NCBI GenBank assembly: GCA_964016885.1
Contig: OZ024754.1
Span: 18,104,001 to 18,168,000 of the forward strand
DNA length: 64,000 nucleotides
DNA from: Eledone cirrhosa
Lineage: Eukaryota
Reading direction: 5' to 3'
Of this stretch, positions 39,029 to 51,570 are shown in pieces. Each line of letters begins with the position of its first letter. Position 1 is the stretch's first letter. Made by a program: the position numbers and the translations under genes. The notes beneath the pieces are model-generated. The model was not told where the DNA came from. It was given only the letters and a program-made list of their open reading frames with translations, and ran no database searches.

Positions 39029-39188
39029 AAAATATATATATATATAGACACATATATATATATATAAATATACACACATATAAATATATATACACACACA
39101 CATATATAAATATAAGTATATATATATATATATATATTGATCAATTCCAAACCGCCTGTCCCTTCAATCTATCTCATTCCTCATTCTT

Positions 39189-39224
39189 TCTTCTGATGAA
39201 GGACTAGTCTCCGAAACATCAAGA
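39189..39224 (+). ncRNA. Minimal hammerhead motif
   Basis: TCTT CTGATGA A GGA-CTAGTC-TCC GAAA C ATC AAGA. GAAACATC is probably a CpG-decayed GAAACGTC. Confidence 0.6.
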
Positions 39225-39417
39225 TATATTCCTTTCTTATACTGCCTGTGTTATTTCTGTTTACCTTTTACACATATATATATACATATATATATATACA
39301 TGTATATACATATATATATACATATATATAGGTAAGTTATTCCGGGTTGAATCAGAGGTAACCACAGTAAGTAAGGTACTCAATACATAGCAGAGTCTAA
39401 AAGTTTTACTATAGATG

Positions 39418-39468
39418 AGATTCTACAGGACTAGAACTGTTTCATTCTTGAGAAATCATCAGGAATCT
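39418..39468 (-). ncRNA. Type I hammerhead ribozyme
   Basis: Minus strand reads AGATTC CTGATGA T TTC-TCAA-GAA T GAAA CAG-TTCTAGTC-CT GTA GAATCT: 6-bp stem I, 4-bp stem III, GUA triplet. Confidence 0.72.
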
Positions 39469-39764
39469 GACTGTCCAAGTAAATATGGTGGTATTTATAA
39501 CTTTTCTGGTGGTAGGAGAGGGTGGGGACTGGGATGGGTGGAGGTCATTGGTTGAAAGAAAAAGGAATTCATTAAAAACTAATTCTTTAAAGCTATAATT
39601 TATATTTAGAGTGACAAAGGCAGAAAGAATTCTATGCACAACTGCCTTTGTCACTCTAAATATAAATTATAGCTTTTAATGAATTCCCTTTTCTTTCAAC
39701 CAATGACCTCCACCCATCCCACTCCCCACCCTCTCCTACCACCAGAAAAGATATAAATACCACC

Positions 39765-39811
39765 ATTCCTGATGATTTCTCAAGAATGAAACAGTTCTAG
39801 TCCTGTAGAAT
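39765..39811 (+). ncRNA. Type I hammerhead ribozyme (mirror copy)
   Basis: ATTC CTGATGA TTTCTCAAGAAT GAAA CAGTTCTAGTCCT GTA GAAT. Confidence 0.7.
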
Positions 39812-40081
39812 CTCATCTATATACACACATATATATATATATATGCACATATATATATATATACATATACATGCACATATATATATATTCACATATATAT
39901 ACACACACACACATATATATATATATAAATATATAGAAATATATACATATACATATATATATAAACATATATTTATATATACGTATACATATGTATATAT
40001 ACATATATACATATACATATATATAGATATACTTATATATACATATAGATATATATACTTATATATACATATACATATATA

Positions 40082-41356
40082 CAGGGTGTGGACGATATTT
40101 GTTCGCAATTTTCAACTGCTAGTTTTATGCAAATTTTTTTAACTTCCGTTGTCACTCGAGTCTTCATAAAATCAGTGACAATATTTATTTTCAGAATAAT
40201 TGATTATGAATAATTTTGAACCTCCAAATTTGTGGAAGAGACACGGAGTTCTCCTTGGAATCCGCGCCGGGAGGACAAATAAGGAAATTTCAGACTTTCT
40301 CAGCATCAGCAGGAGAATAGTGGAAAAGGTCAGAAAGGAATTGGAAGATTCAGGATTCGACTACGAAGCAACATGAGAGAGGAAAACACATGATCGACGA
40401 TCTGGCTCCTTCAGAATGCCCGAGTTCGTCGCTGAAGTTCAGGATATCATCAACAATGACCCTAGAAAGTCGTTGTGTGTCATTGCAAGGGAGAAAAGCT
40501 CATTAGGCTGGTGGTACATGAAGACATTCGCTACGTTTCATACAAGATGAGGAAAGGACAATTTCTGTCAAAGGCGATGCAAGAAAAGCGACTGAAGCAC
40601 GCAAAGAAGCTGATCAACAAGTTGAAACACCCACTGGAGCCAGACATGCTGTGATTTTCTCCGACGAAAAAAACTTCTGCCAAGTCCAGAAGATCAACTC
40701 CCAGAACAACAGGTGGCTCGCTGTCTCATCCAAAAACGTGCTCAGAGTCATGCAGACAAAGTTTCCAGCGACAACATTGGTCTTAGGTGCCGTCAGCAGT
40801 CAAGGTGCCGTCATGCTACCTCACTTCTTCCCTGAGGGCCTCAAGCTGAACCCTGATGGCTACATCCGTGTTCTGAGTGAGCTAGTAAAGCCCTGGATCA
40901 ACCAGGTAGCTGCAGGTAGGCTGTACGTGTGGCAGCAAGACTCAGCACCCTGCCATACCAGCCGAAAGACCCAAGACTGGCTGTCAGAGAACTTCGTCGA
41001 CCACACGTCACCTGACATCCGGCCTCCTAGCTCGCCTGACTGCAACCCCCTCGACTTCTTTGTGTAGGGCACAGACACCAACAGATCTAGCTGCAATACG
41101 AAGGACGATCTGAAGGCCAGGATCACAAGTGCGTTTAGGGGCCTAAGTCGGGGGACAGTGACGAAGGCCTGTAACTGGTTCCGAGTCCGCCTTGTGGCCG
41201 TCATCAAAGCCAATGGCAGGTTTCTCGAGTGAGATCGAAAGAACAAGTCATGAAGACAAACTGACCCAAGTTTGATAAATAAATCTTAAAAAATAAAACT
41301 ACTGTGTTATTTTTTCATAGACAGTAATCTTGCGAACAAATATCGTCCACACCCTG
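40082..41356 (+). mobile_element. Tc1/mariner DNA transposon, DD37D (maT) family
   Basis: 27-bp TIRs CAGGGTGTGGACGATATTTGTTCGCAA, TA target site on both sides, and an internal transposase remnant. Confidence 0.95.
40206..41232 (+). pseudogene. DD37D transposase pseudogene
   Basis: FSDEK ... WQQDSAPCH ... SPDCNPLDF, with 37 residues between the last two catalytic Asp. In-frame stops and a frameshift are present. Confidence 0.9.
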
Positions 41357-41373
41357 TATATGTATATATATAT

Positions 41374-41437
<64 letters not shown>

Positions 41438-42380
41438 CACATATACATACACACACACACACACACACACATATATTTACATAAATATACATACTCACAT
41501 ATATAGATACATATATACCTATATATACACATACATATGTACATACATATATACGTACATATATACATACATATACATTATATATATGCATACATATAAC
41601 CAAATACATGATCAGTGAGATCTGTGACATTTTAGAAGATAAGATTTTTTACTTTCATTTTCTTACATGAAGTTGAATAAAAGAAAACATTTTAAATTTA
41701 TTGCGCATTGTTTATTAATTTTTTATAAATATTCTAAACTATATACTAAATAATATTTGTTTTATATTTTAAAATGCAAAGTAATTTCATAAGTCTAAAA
41801 GATTTTGAAGGTCATTGAAAAATAAAATGAAAATTCTTTAGAGGTTTGTTTATATACAAAAATAATACAAAACTTATACTAATAACTAGAACAAAACTTT
41901 TGATTAAGTAAAACAAAAAAAAAAACAATTGTAGTATTCTCTGCGCTTTGTGTTAAAAGATCTTGATTATCTTATTGGATTAGTAAAAAATATAAATAAA
42001 TAAATAAATCAAGGAAATTAATAAATTTAAAGCTCGTAAAACTAGATGCTTTAAGGACATAGCTCTTGCAATTAGTGTTAACTCTTAAAGCAGAAGCTTG
42101 ATTGGTTAAGTGATGGATATTTTGAAGAGAATGGGGAATGGAAGAAAAAACAAAAAAGCACTAAGAAATTTTCAGACAAGGCTGAACCGATTACCAAAAT
42201 CTAAAGAGCAGGGCAGACAAAAAAACATGTAATATCCAAAAACTGAGTGTTTGAAGCAGCAGAGATGCTCAATGTACCAGAAATAGCAAAGATGATTTAG
42301 AGTATCTTAAAAATAGTAGCAACAAAAGAAACTTAAAGTAATTTGAAGGCTTAAAATATACATTACATTAGAAAATTCTT

Positions 42381-42422
<42 letters not shown>

Positions 42423-42451
42423 AACATATATATATATGGGACATGCATATA

Positions 42452-42465
42452 TAATAATAATAATA

Positions 42466-42517
<52 letters not shown>

Positions 42518-42519
42518 TG

Positions 42520-42567
<48 letters not shown>
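42452..42567. repeat. (AAT)n microsatellite
   Basis: Directly visible; it produces the poly-Leu ORF 42380-42610. Confidence 0.97.
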
Positions 42568-42568
<1 letters not shown>

Positions 42569-43877
42569 TTTATGTTGAAACATGCACAAGTCTGTAACAG
42601 ATTGTATCATCTAAAGTTTTTAATTTCAATGTCAATCACATACAAGTTTGTAAAAATTAGTTTGTTTTTTTTCCTTTTGTTAATTCAACAATACCAAAAA
42701 AGAACTACAATTATGTCCAAGTTTCACTTTGTTTTGCATTGTTTACTGATAACAACTAGTTTTTTTCAAATGTCACTTTTTAGTTATTTACATGATTGTT
42801 AAATTCTTTTAAAGATTCTAATTTCATTTCTTACTAGGCTATTTATTTTATAGATACTTAAAATGATGAGGATGTTTTTTTTTTTTCATGAAAAAAAAAA
42901 AAGAAAAAAAAAAAGGAAAATTAACTAAAGATGTTAGAAATGTGAAAAAGGTAAACAGAAATTTAAAAAGGATTACAGGTAGATCATTAACTTGGAGCAA
43001 AAGAAGGCATTCTTGAAATACAAGTTGTGAAAATAAAACATATCAGAAAATGTGATATAGGGGAGTAACTGTAAGTGGTATGTTTAAAATAGAATTAAAC
43101 TTTTTTTCTTTTTTTTTTTATAACTTTATTTTAGTTGACTTTGGACCAAACTAAGAATTAAACAAAAACGAATGAGTAAGGGAAATCATAGAGCATATTG
43201 ATAGTGAAAATTGGTGTGGCATTGCAGAAAGTGGTGATTCTACAGACCACAATTTGTTTAAGAGTGAGGAAACCATTCAGGAAAAACCTCAGATATATTT
43301 ACCACAGCAACACTCTGGAGATTGTTTTTAAAAGAAATATTCAGTTGAATTTCATAATCCTAAACCAGAGGTGACATTATATATCGAAATCACTGGATAT
43401 CGATCTAAACCCTTATTATATATACATATATATATTATATTATATATATACATATATATTATATTATATATATTATATTATATATATATTATATTATATT
43501 ATATATATATTATATTATATATATATAATAAAGCAAATAGTTTGGTTTTTCTTTGATGTAGTCAAGTCAACGATCACCATTCTCAGTGGATATTTCATTC
43601 AACTGATTAAGATTTAATTATTTTTAAGGTTAAGTAGAGTGAACAAGAATACAAGAATGCCTATTTCCAAAGTAGTTGTAACAACTACAGCAATGTACCA
43701 CCACAGTAAAACAACAAACAGTGCAAGAGTTAGGTTAATACAGCAGCAGCAGCAGCTACAGAAGCTATCATACATAACAAGCACGCACAGACATATACAA
43801 CCAATCACATCAGAGCACAAAAGTTGGCAATGGCAACCAGCAATTGTTGGCAGCACAAAATTGGGTGATAAACTTAC

Positions 43878-43913
43878 ATGGTACATTTTGTCCAGGTGGA
43901 TTAGACTGTGCTC
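43878..43913 (-). CDS. PMCA: Putative 36-nt alternatively spliced PMCA microexon (splice site A), GAQSNPPGQNVP
   Basis: Pyrimidine-rich acceptor TTTTATCTTTGCTTCCAG and consensus donor GTAAGT. The exon is symmetric phase 1-1 and open in frame with exon 53391-53534. Confidence 0.55.
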
Positions 43914-46900
43914 CTGGAAGCAAAGATAAAAGCAGCAAAACACAATTAGTTGACACACGAAAAAATTTGGCACAAGTCACAAATCCAAGAACAAGCGTTT
44001 GAACATGACTTTAACATCGGCAGCTTCCTTTTGGACAACTACATTTTTTGTGTAAAAGGGGAAAAAAAAAAAAAAAAAAAATGAAAGAGCCACAAAATGT
44101 AAAAAATTTTGATAATTACAAGTTTTAAAAATTCAGTTGATAAACATATAATTCATATTTATATGTATATCATTGCTTTGCACAATATATTCTCAACCTG
44201 ACTAAATACACATACACACATAACATTTTATTAAAAGTCATTTATTCTGCATAATAAAAATGTAATGTATCTTCCTACTAAATATATCCAAATTGAAAAA
44301 TGCTAACTTTATAATATTATCTGGGAAATATAAAAGAAGTTATCAAATATATATATATTTAATCAATAATTCCTTTTGGTATTATCCTGTCCTAAATTTA
44401 CTTGCAGACTACTTCAATTACAATACCTCAGTTAATATATATAAAAGTAGAATATTAGTATAATAGTATACCAATTTATTTAGTAACTGCTTATTTTTTA
44501 GCTTTGAATATTTTAAGGCATGAAGACTTTTTAAAAACATTTCTATTACTAAGAAAAAATATATTTCGCTAGAATGTTATGTTGTAAGAAAGTAAATTTT
44601 AACTTTGGCAAGTTAAAATGGACAAAAGACAGTAATTCTTGGGGCTATAGGCTTGGAGTTTATTTGTGTCAAGTGAAAGTGCATGCATGTATGTGTGTAT
44701 AACTGCGCAGGTATGTGTGAGTTTTAGTAGTAAAAAAATTTCTTCTAAATGTTATATTAACGAGCTAAAGTAATCGAAGAAATTTCAGAAAAAGTGATGT
44801 CATAGAAAGTAGTTTGAAAGTTTAGAATAATTTCTAAATATTATTACTTGAGTTTGACATACTTCAAGAGATTATGAAGTGACATGAGAGTAGAAGAGAT
44901 ATTATTGTTATAATTCTTTTCAATCAAATCATAAAACAACAATTTTCCCTCATTCTTAGAACAGCCAGATGTTTGCTATTTATATAAGCAAAAATGGATA
45001 TGGATGCAATAGTTTTAAGGTCAACTAAAAGATAGTGTACTTTATTTACAGGTCTTTAATATAGACTTTTGAAGATTTCATTTTTATGTTGTCATAAGTA
45101 AAAGGAAAAGTCTTACATCTTAAGGATTAAGTGGAAATTATTGATCACAGATTAAAACACTATAAGCAGCATGGGAATCTATGCAAGCAGTCTGCTCTAA
45201 TCAGCAAGTGTAGATGGGAAAACAAAGCAGTATAATAACAGGTAAATAGAAGTATTTTATAGAACTGAGAAGATATGAAAAATGTAGAAAGATTTCTGTA
45301 ATTTATTCCATTAAAGAGAAATTAGACTAAACTATTCTGCTTGACAGCACACCTCCTATTTTATAAAAAAACAAAACATTAATGAACTTCAATATGACCA
45401 TTAAACTAACTGCAGCCCCTACTAACCTGCAAGTCACACACTATCCTGAAATACTGTTTCTCCAATCCAATGAAAGGGGAGCTTCTACATGATTGCTTGA
45501 CCTACAACAGAATCCCTTTTACCCTCCCACATATGAGTCTTATCCCTTTACATTACTCTATATTTTCTATTGTATTTCCACAGTAAACACTTTAACTCAT
45601 ATAATATTGAATCTACAAGATTTTGATATTTATTTTGAGAACAGTACCTTAACATAAGTATGAGCAACAGGTTATGGTTAGTTTGAACAGAAAGAGGTAA
45701 GAGAATTCTAGCTGAATACAGCCAGTTTAAATGCTAAATGCTTAAAGAAGGACCTATTGGATGTTATTTTAGATATGTCTAATCCATGCTAACGGGGAAG
45801 ATCGACGTAAAACGAAGATGATGATGCTGATGATGATGATGTTTAGACCTGAAACAGAAACAACAGTTGTGCTTGTAACTCTTTTAATCATATCTGCTTC
45901 ATCGAAGTTTCTCTTTGACATCAGCAGTTCAGATTCCCAGCATTCCAGCATTATTAATGGATAGTTTCTCTTCCAAATGCCTCTATCATAATCTGCTGAC
46001 TTAACTGTTTTTTCTCAACTCAGCAGATGTCCATATTGAACTACATATTATCCTACAATGAGAGATCATCCACCTCATAGTTTAAACTTTCTGCTAAATC
46101 TTGTACCTAAACAAGTGTTTAATCTTTTCAGTACCCCCCAAACCAAGCCAAGCTGTGTTAGTGACAGTATTTCTAATGAAATACATACTATATCAATTAA
46201 TTAATTAATAATATTGAGGGATTTACTAAAACTATTATTTCATTACTAAGATAGTAACTTAACAAATGATTCCTATATAAAATTACATTGGAAGATTTTG
46301 ATTTAAATAGGAACCTTTTAAAACCAGAGCTGGTTTTGGCTGGGTTGATATAAAAAAGGTTAACGTAGAATGGACTAAAAATAGTAACTATGGTTACTGA
46401 CTATCTTTTGAAAAATAAAATAAAATAAATAAATAAAATGAGTGCTCAGTCTGAACAACACTGGACACAATATTTAGATGGAAATGAGTTTTTAAAAGGA
46501 GAAATATGCTGTAGGAAGGGAGAATCATTAGCCAAAAGTATTTAATTGACAGTATAAAATAGAAATGAAGAATTGTGAAGTGTGATAAATGTATTTAGTC
46601 ATGAATGATGTAAAAAAGAGTTTTTGTATGACACAGAATGATATCGGAGATGAATGTGTGTTGTTGATGGAATGTTCCACTCTGAGAGATTTATTTTCTT
46701 GAAAAATTGACCCCCCCCCCCCCCCCCCCCCCCCTAAAAAAAAAATTTCATGTAAAATTTAGATTATCATTATCTACATTTTTATAGTCATAAAAAAATC
46801 TATAAAACTATATAACCTAGCTATGAATTTATATAACTTACATTTACAAGTTATATAACCTAGCTATGAATTTATATAACTTACATTTACAAACTATATA

Positions 46901-48297
46901 ATCTAGCTATGAATTTATATAAATTCCTAGCTAGGTTATACACTTTGTAAATGTGATTTCAATTCCTTGTATGTACATACATATAAACACTGTCTGTTAA
47001 AGTTGTATTTGAATAAAGAACAGGTAACACAGAGCAGCTTTGTTGCTTTCTTTTATCTTAAATTGTACACACCTTTCGCGTTGTCACAGCCTTTGAATCA
47101 TATACCTTCTTATATTTATTTTAATTAAATAATTATTGCTATAATCTACAAATTTAAACCAATGTCTATTGCACAAAGGCAACATAGTGCCTCAAGTGCT
47201 AAAAAAACAACACACACACAAAATCTATTCGTATAAATATAAAACTTTAGATGAATGCCATATATCACATATTATAATGGACCAAATTTAATGTAGAGCT
47301 TAGATAAACTGTTCTGTATAAAAACATCACTTGTATTCTTATGTTGAAATGTTCAAATATTTTGTTATTTGGGAATCTATTATTACATAGTCTGTGAAAT
47401 TCATCTAAAATGGTGCAAAGGTCAGAATATAATGTGCAAAAACTTCTGAATTAGAGACAAAAGATTGGTAGTATACCTTTCACATTACATTAAAGATGTT
47501 CAGAGTAGAAAAAAAATACGAATCGAAATCAGGTTCTAGGCAATACATGTGGAAGATCATTTAAGATAATAGAAGTGAACAGAATAATAATAATAATAAT
47601 AATATTGATAATAATAATAATAATAATAATAATAATATAAATAATAATAAAATAATGACAACAACAACAATAATAATGATTATTGCCTATTTCTAGAGTT
47701 ATTCCAAAGAAGAAACTGCCGAAAAAGATTCCTAGCAAACCATAAGAGTAAATGTAAATACTAGCAAGTAACAAACACTTATATACCAAGGTTTGGCTGC
47801 AATAGCAAAACTTGGCAGAAACACCTATTATTAAAACAATGTTAAATACATGAGGTAGGGTAACATATACACATGCACAGTTTTAAGGTGGAGAAGGAAA
47901 GGGGGGCACTGGATAAAGGTAGACTAATTAATTATTCCTAGCTAAAATATTTTGTTAAATACTAAAATTATTTATAGCTTTAAAAATTAGTTTAAATATA
48001 TTGAAACATTATAACAATCGCAAATAATTGATTATATATTTTGACTACTGATTGATTTCCAAAAGTGATATCATTTTAATTGACTGTAATGGCCTTAAAA
48101 TTTTTCCCACCACCACCATCGCTGCCATATTTAAACGTACATCTTTCTCTTTATTTAGAACTCATAAAAAACTGGTACACAGTAAATTGTCATTATACAC
48201 GAATGCTTTTAATATTCTCTTCCTTAGAATTTACCTAGTTTAGAGATATGAAGACAAGTCAACTACATTCTGAGCAGAGGAAACAACTCCCACTGCA

Positions 48298-48328
<31 letters not shown>

Positions 48329-51139
48329 TTTGGATCAACTCAGATTATGAGTTATTTTCTTTGCTGGCAGCTGAGAATTTGAACATCCCCAACAAAGAGA
48401 TTTCCAGTCTTGAAATTGAAAAGAAAGACTCAGTTGATTAAAGTTTTCCCACTAAATTGTGTTTAGAATATGAGATATATATATATATCAAATGGAAGAA
48501 TATTTCTATGAGTGTATAATGAAGTTCTATGAGTGCATACTATTTAAAAAAAAAAAATAAAAACAAAAAGTAAATCCACAATTATAATTGAAAATTAGAT
48601 ACTACAATCTACAAATAAGCAATTGTTTTTGTTGTGCTCCATGTCAGCCATTCTCTAGTAGTCCTCTTTGGTCAAAAGCAGTCTAGTTATGACCACCCTG
48701 AGGAAACTGAGCGCTCCATTATCCATCGAGTGGCGAATTGGCAGAGTTGTTAGAATCTTGGATAATCTTTGTAGAATTCATTTTAACTCTGAGTTCAAAC
48801 CCCACCAAAGTCAACTTGGCCTTTCATTCTTTTGAGGTTGATCAAATAAAGTAGCAGTCCAGTATTGGAATAAATGTTTGCCCTATCTACCCCCTCCCGC
48901 CTTCTCTCTCAGAATTTCTTTCCTTCTCTGAAAGAAATCAGCTTTGTTCCAACTTGGAGACCAATGGGCTCTCCTAGGTTTAAATACCCAAGATATACCA
49001 TATGTCATGATAGTGTGCCTATGACTTCACCAGAAGTTATGGGCTGAAAAGATTGATTCGAGGGAGATTTGGCCTGCTATTTCTAACAGGTTGAGTGAGC
49101 ACGTTGAGGCTCCCCAAGTTTCAAGTTGTTCAACATTTTAATTGGTATATTACAGAATGATACACAATGAGAACTTCCTGTCATATACTGATTTATAATA
49201 TATGCCATCAAATTTGAGTGATTAAATTAACCCCAATACTTGACTGGTACTTTATTTTATTGACCCCAGAAAGTGTAAAGGCAAATATGGCCATGGCAGG
49301 ATTTGAGCCAGAACAAATACCACAGTGGCATTTTATTTTATGCTCTACTAATCCTACCAATTTACCCATCATAATATTACCAATTTTGAGCAGAATAACT
49401 GGCTGAGTGCTGTAACCAGAAAAACCTATTTTTGTTGTTATATGTATTTGGTAACACAAATTAACCAGTTATTTAAATTGAAGGCTAAATCTAAGTCAAA
49501 ATAAAAAGGTTGGATCAAATCTGCCCAATTACATTACCATTGTATATGTATATGTTTGTCCGTTTGTCTTGGTATGTATTTCAATACCAAACTACTTTTG
49601 GTTTTACAATAAGCAAATTAATTAATACATATCTAATTTAAGAGCTAATTTTAAATCACAGTGCAGACAAGTTGAGATGCTTAGAGTTGAAGGATGCTAA
49701 ACATGCTTATCAATAAAATAATAATGATAATGATAATAAAAAATTTGCAATAAAAATTCACCTGCATGAAGACAAGCTCAAAAAAAAAAATAATAATAAT
49801 GATAATAAAAAGCATGCACAATACATTTGAAATAAAATATGAAATTAAATAAAAATATGAAATTAAATAAAAAAATAATGGTAATGGAGGGGAAACTGAA
49901 AAATAATTCATTTATGCATCTGGGAGTAGAAAAAATATTTCCTCATCATTTAATATAAACCTAAGTTAAAATTGTATGTTCAGCTATTTTTAAGTGAAAA
50001 TACAACTAAATTGATTGGCTTTAAAATCAGTTCATTATGAAACCTATTTCATTTCACCTTTGGTTTTATCATTAAAACAGAAATAAGATTAGATAAATGA
50101 CTAATCAATAAGTTGTTAACTGATTTCAAAGGGATTTCTTTCTTAAGACAAAAATATAATTATCTATTCTTACAGTTTCAACCGACTGTAGTAGCAAGTT
50201 TAATGAATGATAGCAATTTGTATTAATAATACACATTAACTCTTAACATCCCATAATGATTTTACAGAAAATGAAAATATCTAACAAGTTTGTTAATTCA
50301 AATGTTTATAGTATCTTTACTAGCAGAAAGGTTGTTGTGGAAATTTGCAGTATCAAAGTAATGACTAATTTTTTTTATAAAGTGTAATAGTCATACAACA
50401 GTATTGTACTTTTAAAGAATGTTTTACTAATGTGGTTGCATGTGGAACAGGATGTTAAAAGTTAAAGTGATTAACAGAAAAGATACCAAAACATGCAGCA
50501 ATATATAATTCAAATATCTTAATTATATATTTTTAAATGTTAATAACGAGCACCTTAATTTTAAAACAATGTAACAATTAGTAGATTTGTCAAACAATAA
50601 AAAAAAAGAAAGAAAAGAAAACAATCGTACTATACTTCTGACCCCTAAAAGAGTCTTCATCTCTATATTCTTTTGAAAAGTGATATTTTAAAAATAAAAG
50701 CAAGTTTTGGTAATTTTCAGTTTTGGTAATTTTGTAGTTGTAAATATGAAGCAGTTTATATAATTTTATTACAGCTGATAAACTGGAGATTGTGTATTAT
50801 AGATGAAAAACTTATGGAATATAAAGGGAGGTTGGCTTGGGATCTCACCTACCTCTCCTATAACAATATGTAGAATAGAAAGGGAGGTTGGCTTGGGACC
50901 TCACCTACCTCTCCTATAACAATATGTAGAATAGAGAGGGAGGTTGGCTTGTGACCTTACCACTTTGCCTACAAAAACAGTAATTTCAAAGTAAAAAAAG
51001 GAACATTTTATTTAACATTAATTGATTTCTAATATTATTTTTGATTTCTTCATTGATCTTAGAGAAAGCTCACCACTCTGGTTGACTTCTAGAACATAAC
51101 TTTCATTTCTTCAGTATTCTTTCCAGTTATGGCTTGAGA

Positions 51140-51570
51140 AGTTGGGTTCAAGAGTGTTTTCAAACAAGACACTTTATTTCACATTGCTCCAGTCCATTGT
51201 GACTTGAACAAGACACTTTATTTTACACTGCTTCAGTCCACTGCATCTTTGAGTAAGACACTTTATTTCACATTGCTCCAATCCACTGTGTCCTTGAGCA
51301 AGACACTTTATTTTACATTGTTCAAGTCCCCTGTATCTTTGAGCAAGACATTCAATTTCATATTTTATTTCACATTGCTCCCGTCCACTCAGCAGGCAAA
51401 AATGAATTGCATCTGTAATTCAAAGGGACAGCCTTGTCACATTGAATCTCCCTGAGAACTATGTTAAGGGTGGTACACTCAGCCACTTGCATGTTAACAT
51501 GTTAATTTCATGAACAAACTGATCCATTGTTTGAACAATTGGAACACTCGTTTTCAGAACTGGTGGAAGT
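51140..51570 (+). mobile_element. SINE with its central domain amplified about 5 times in tandem (39-bp unit)
   Basis: TTGAGCAAGACACTTTATTTCACATTGCTCCAGTCCACT variants repeat from 51165 to 51390. Confidence 0.75.

Larger units (their letters stand above)
39411..39820. repeat. ~410-bp fold-back element with a hammerhead at each end
   Basis: Arms 39411-39623 and 39641-39820 are reverse complements apart from small indels. Confidence 0.92.

Noticed and set aside
43960-44038. Possible extra exon VVQKEAADVK after a poly-U/AG acceptor
   Set aside because: No convincing phase-1 donor is present, and read-through hits a stop. Left unannotated.
46710-46746. Poly-C followed by poly-A (also 48299-48328)
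   Set aside because: Simple homopolymers. G-quadruplex potential exists, but there is no further evidence of function and homopolymer length is unreliable.
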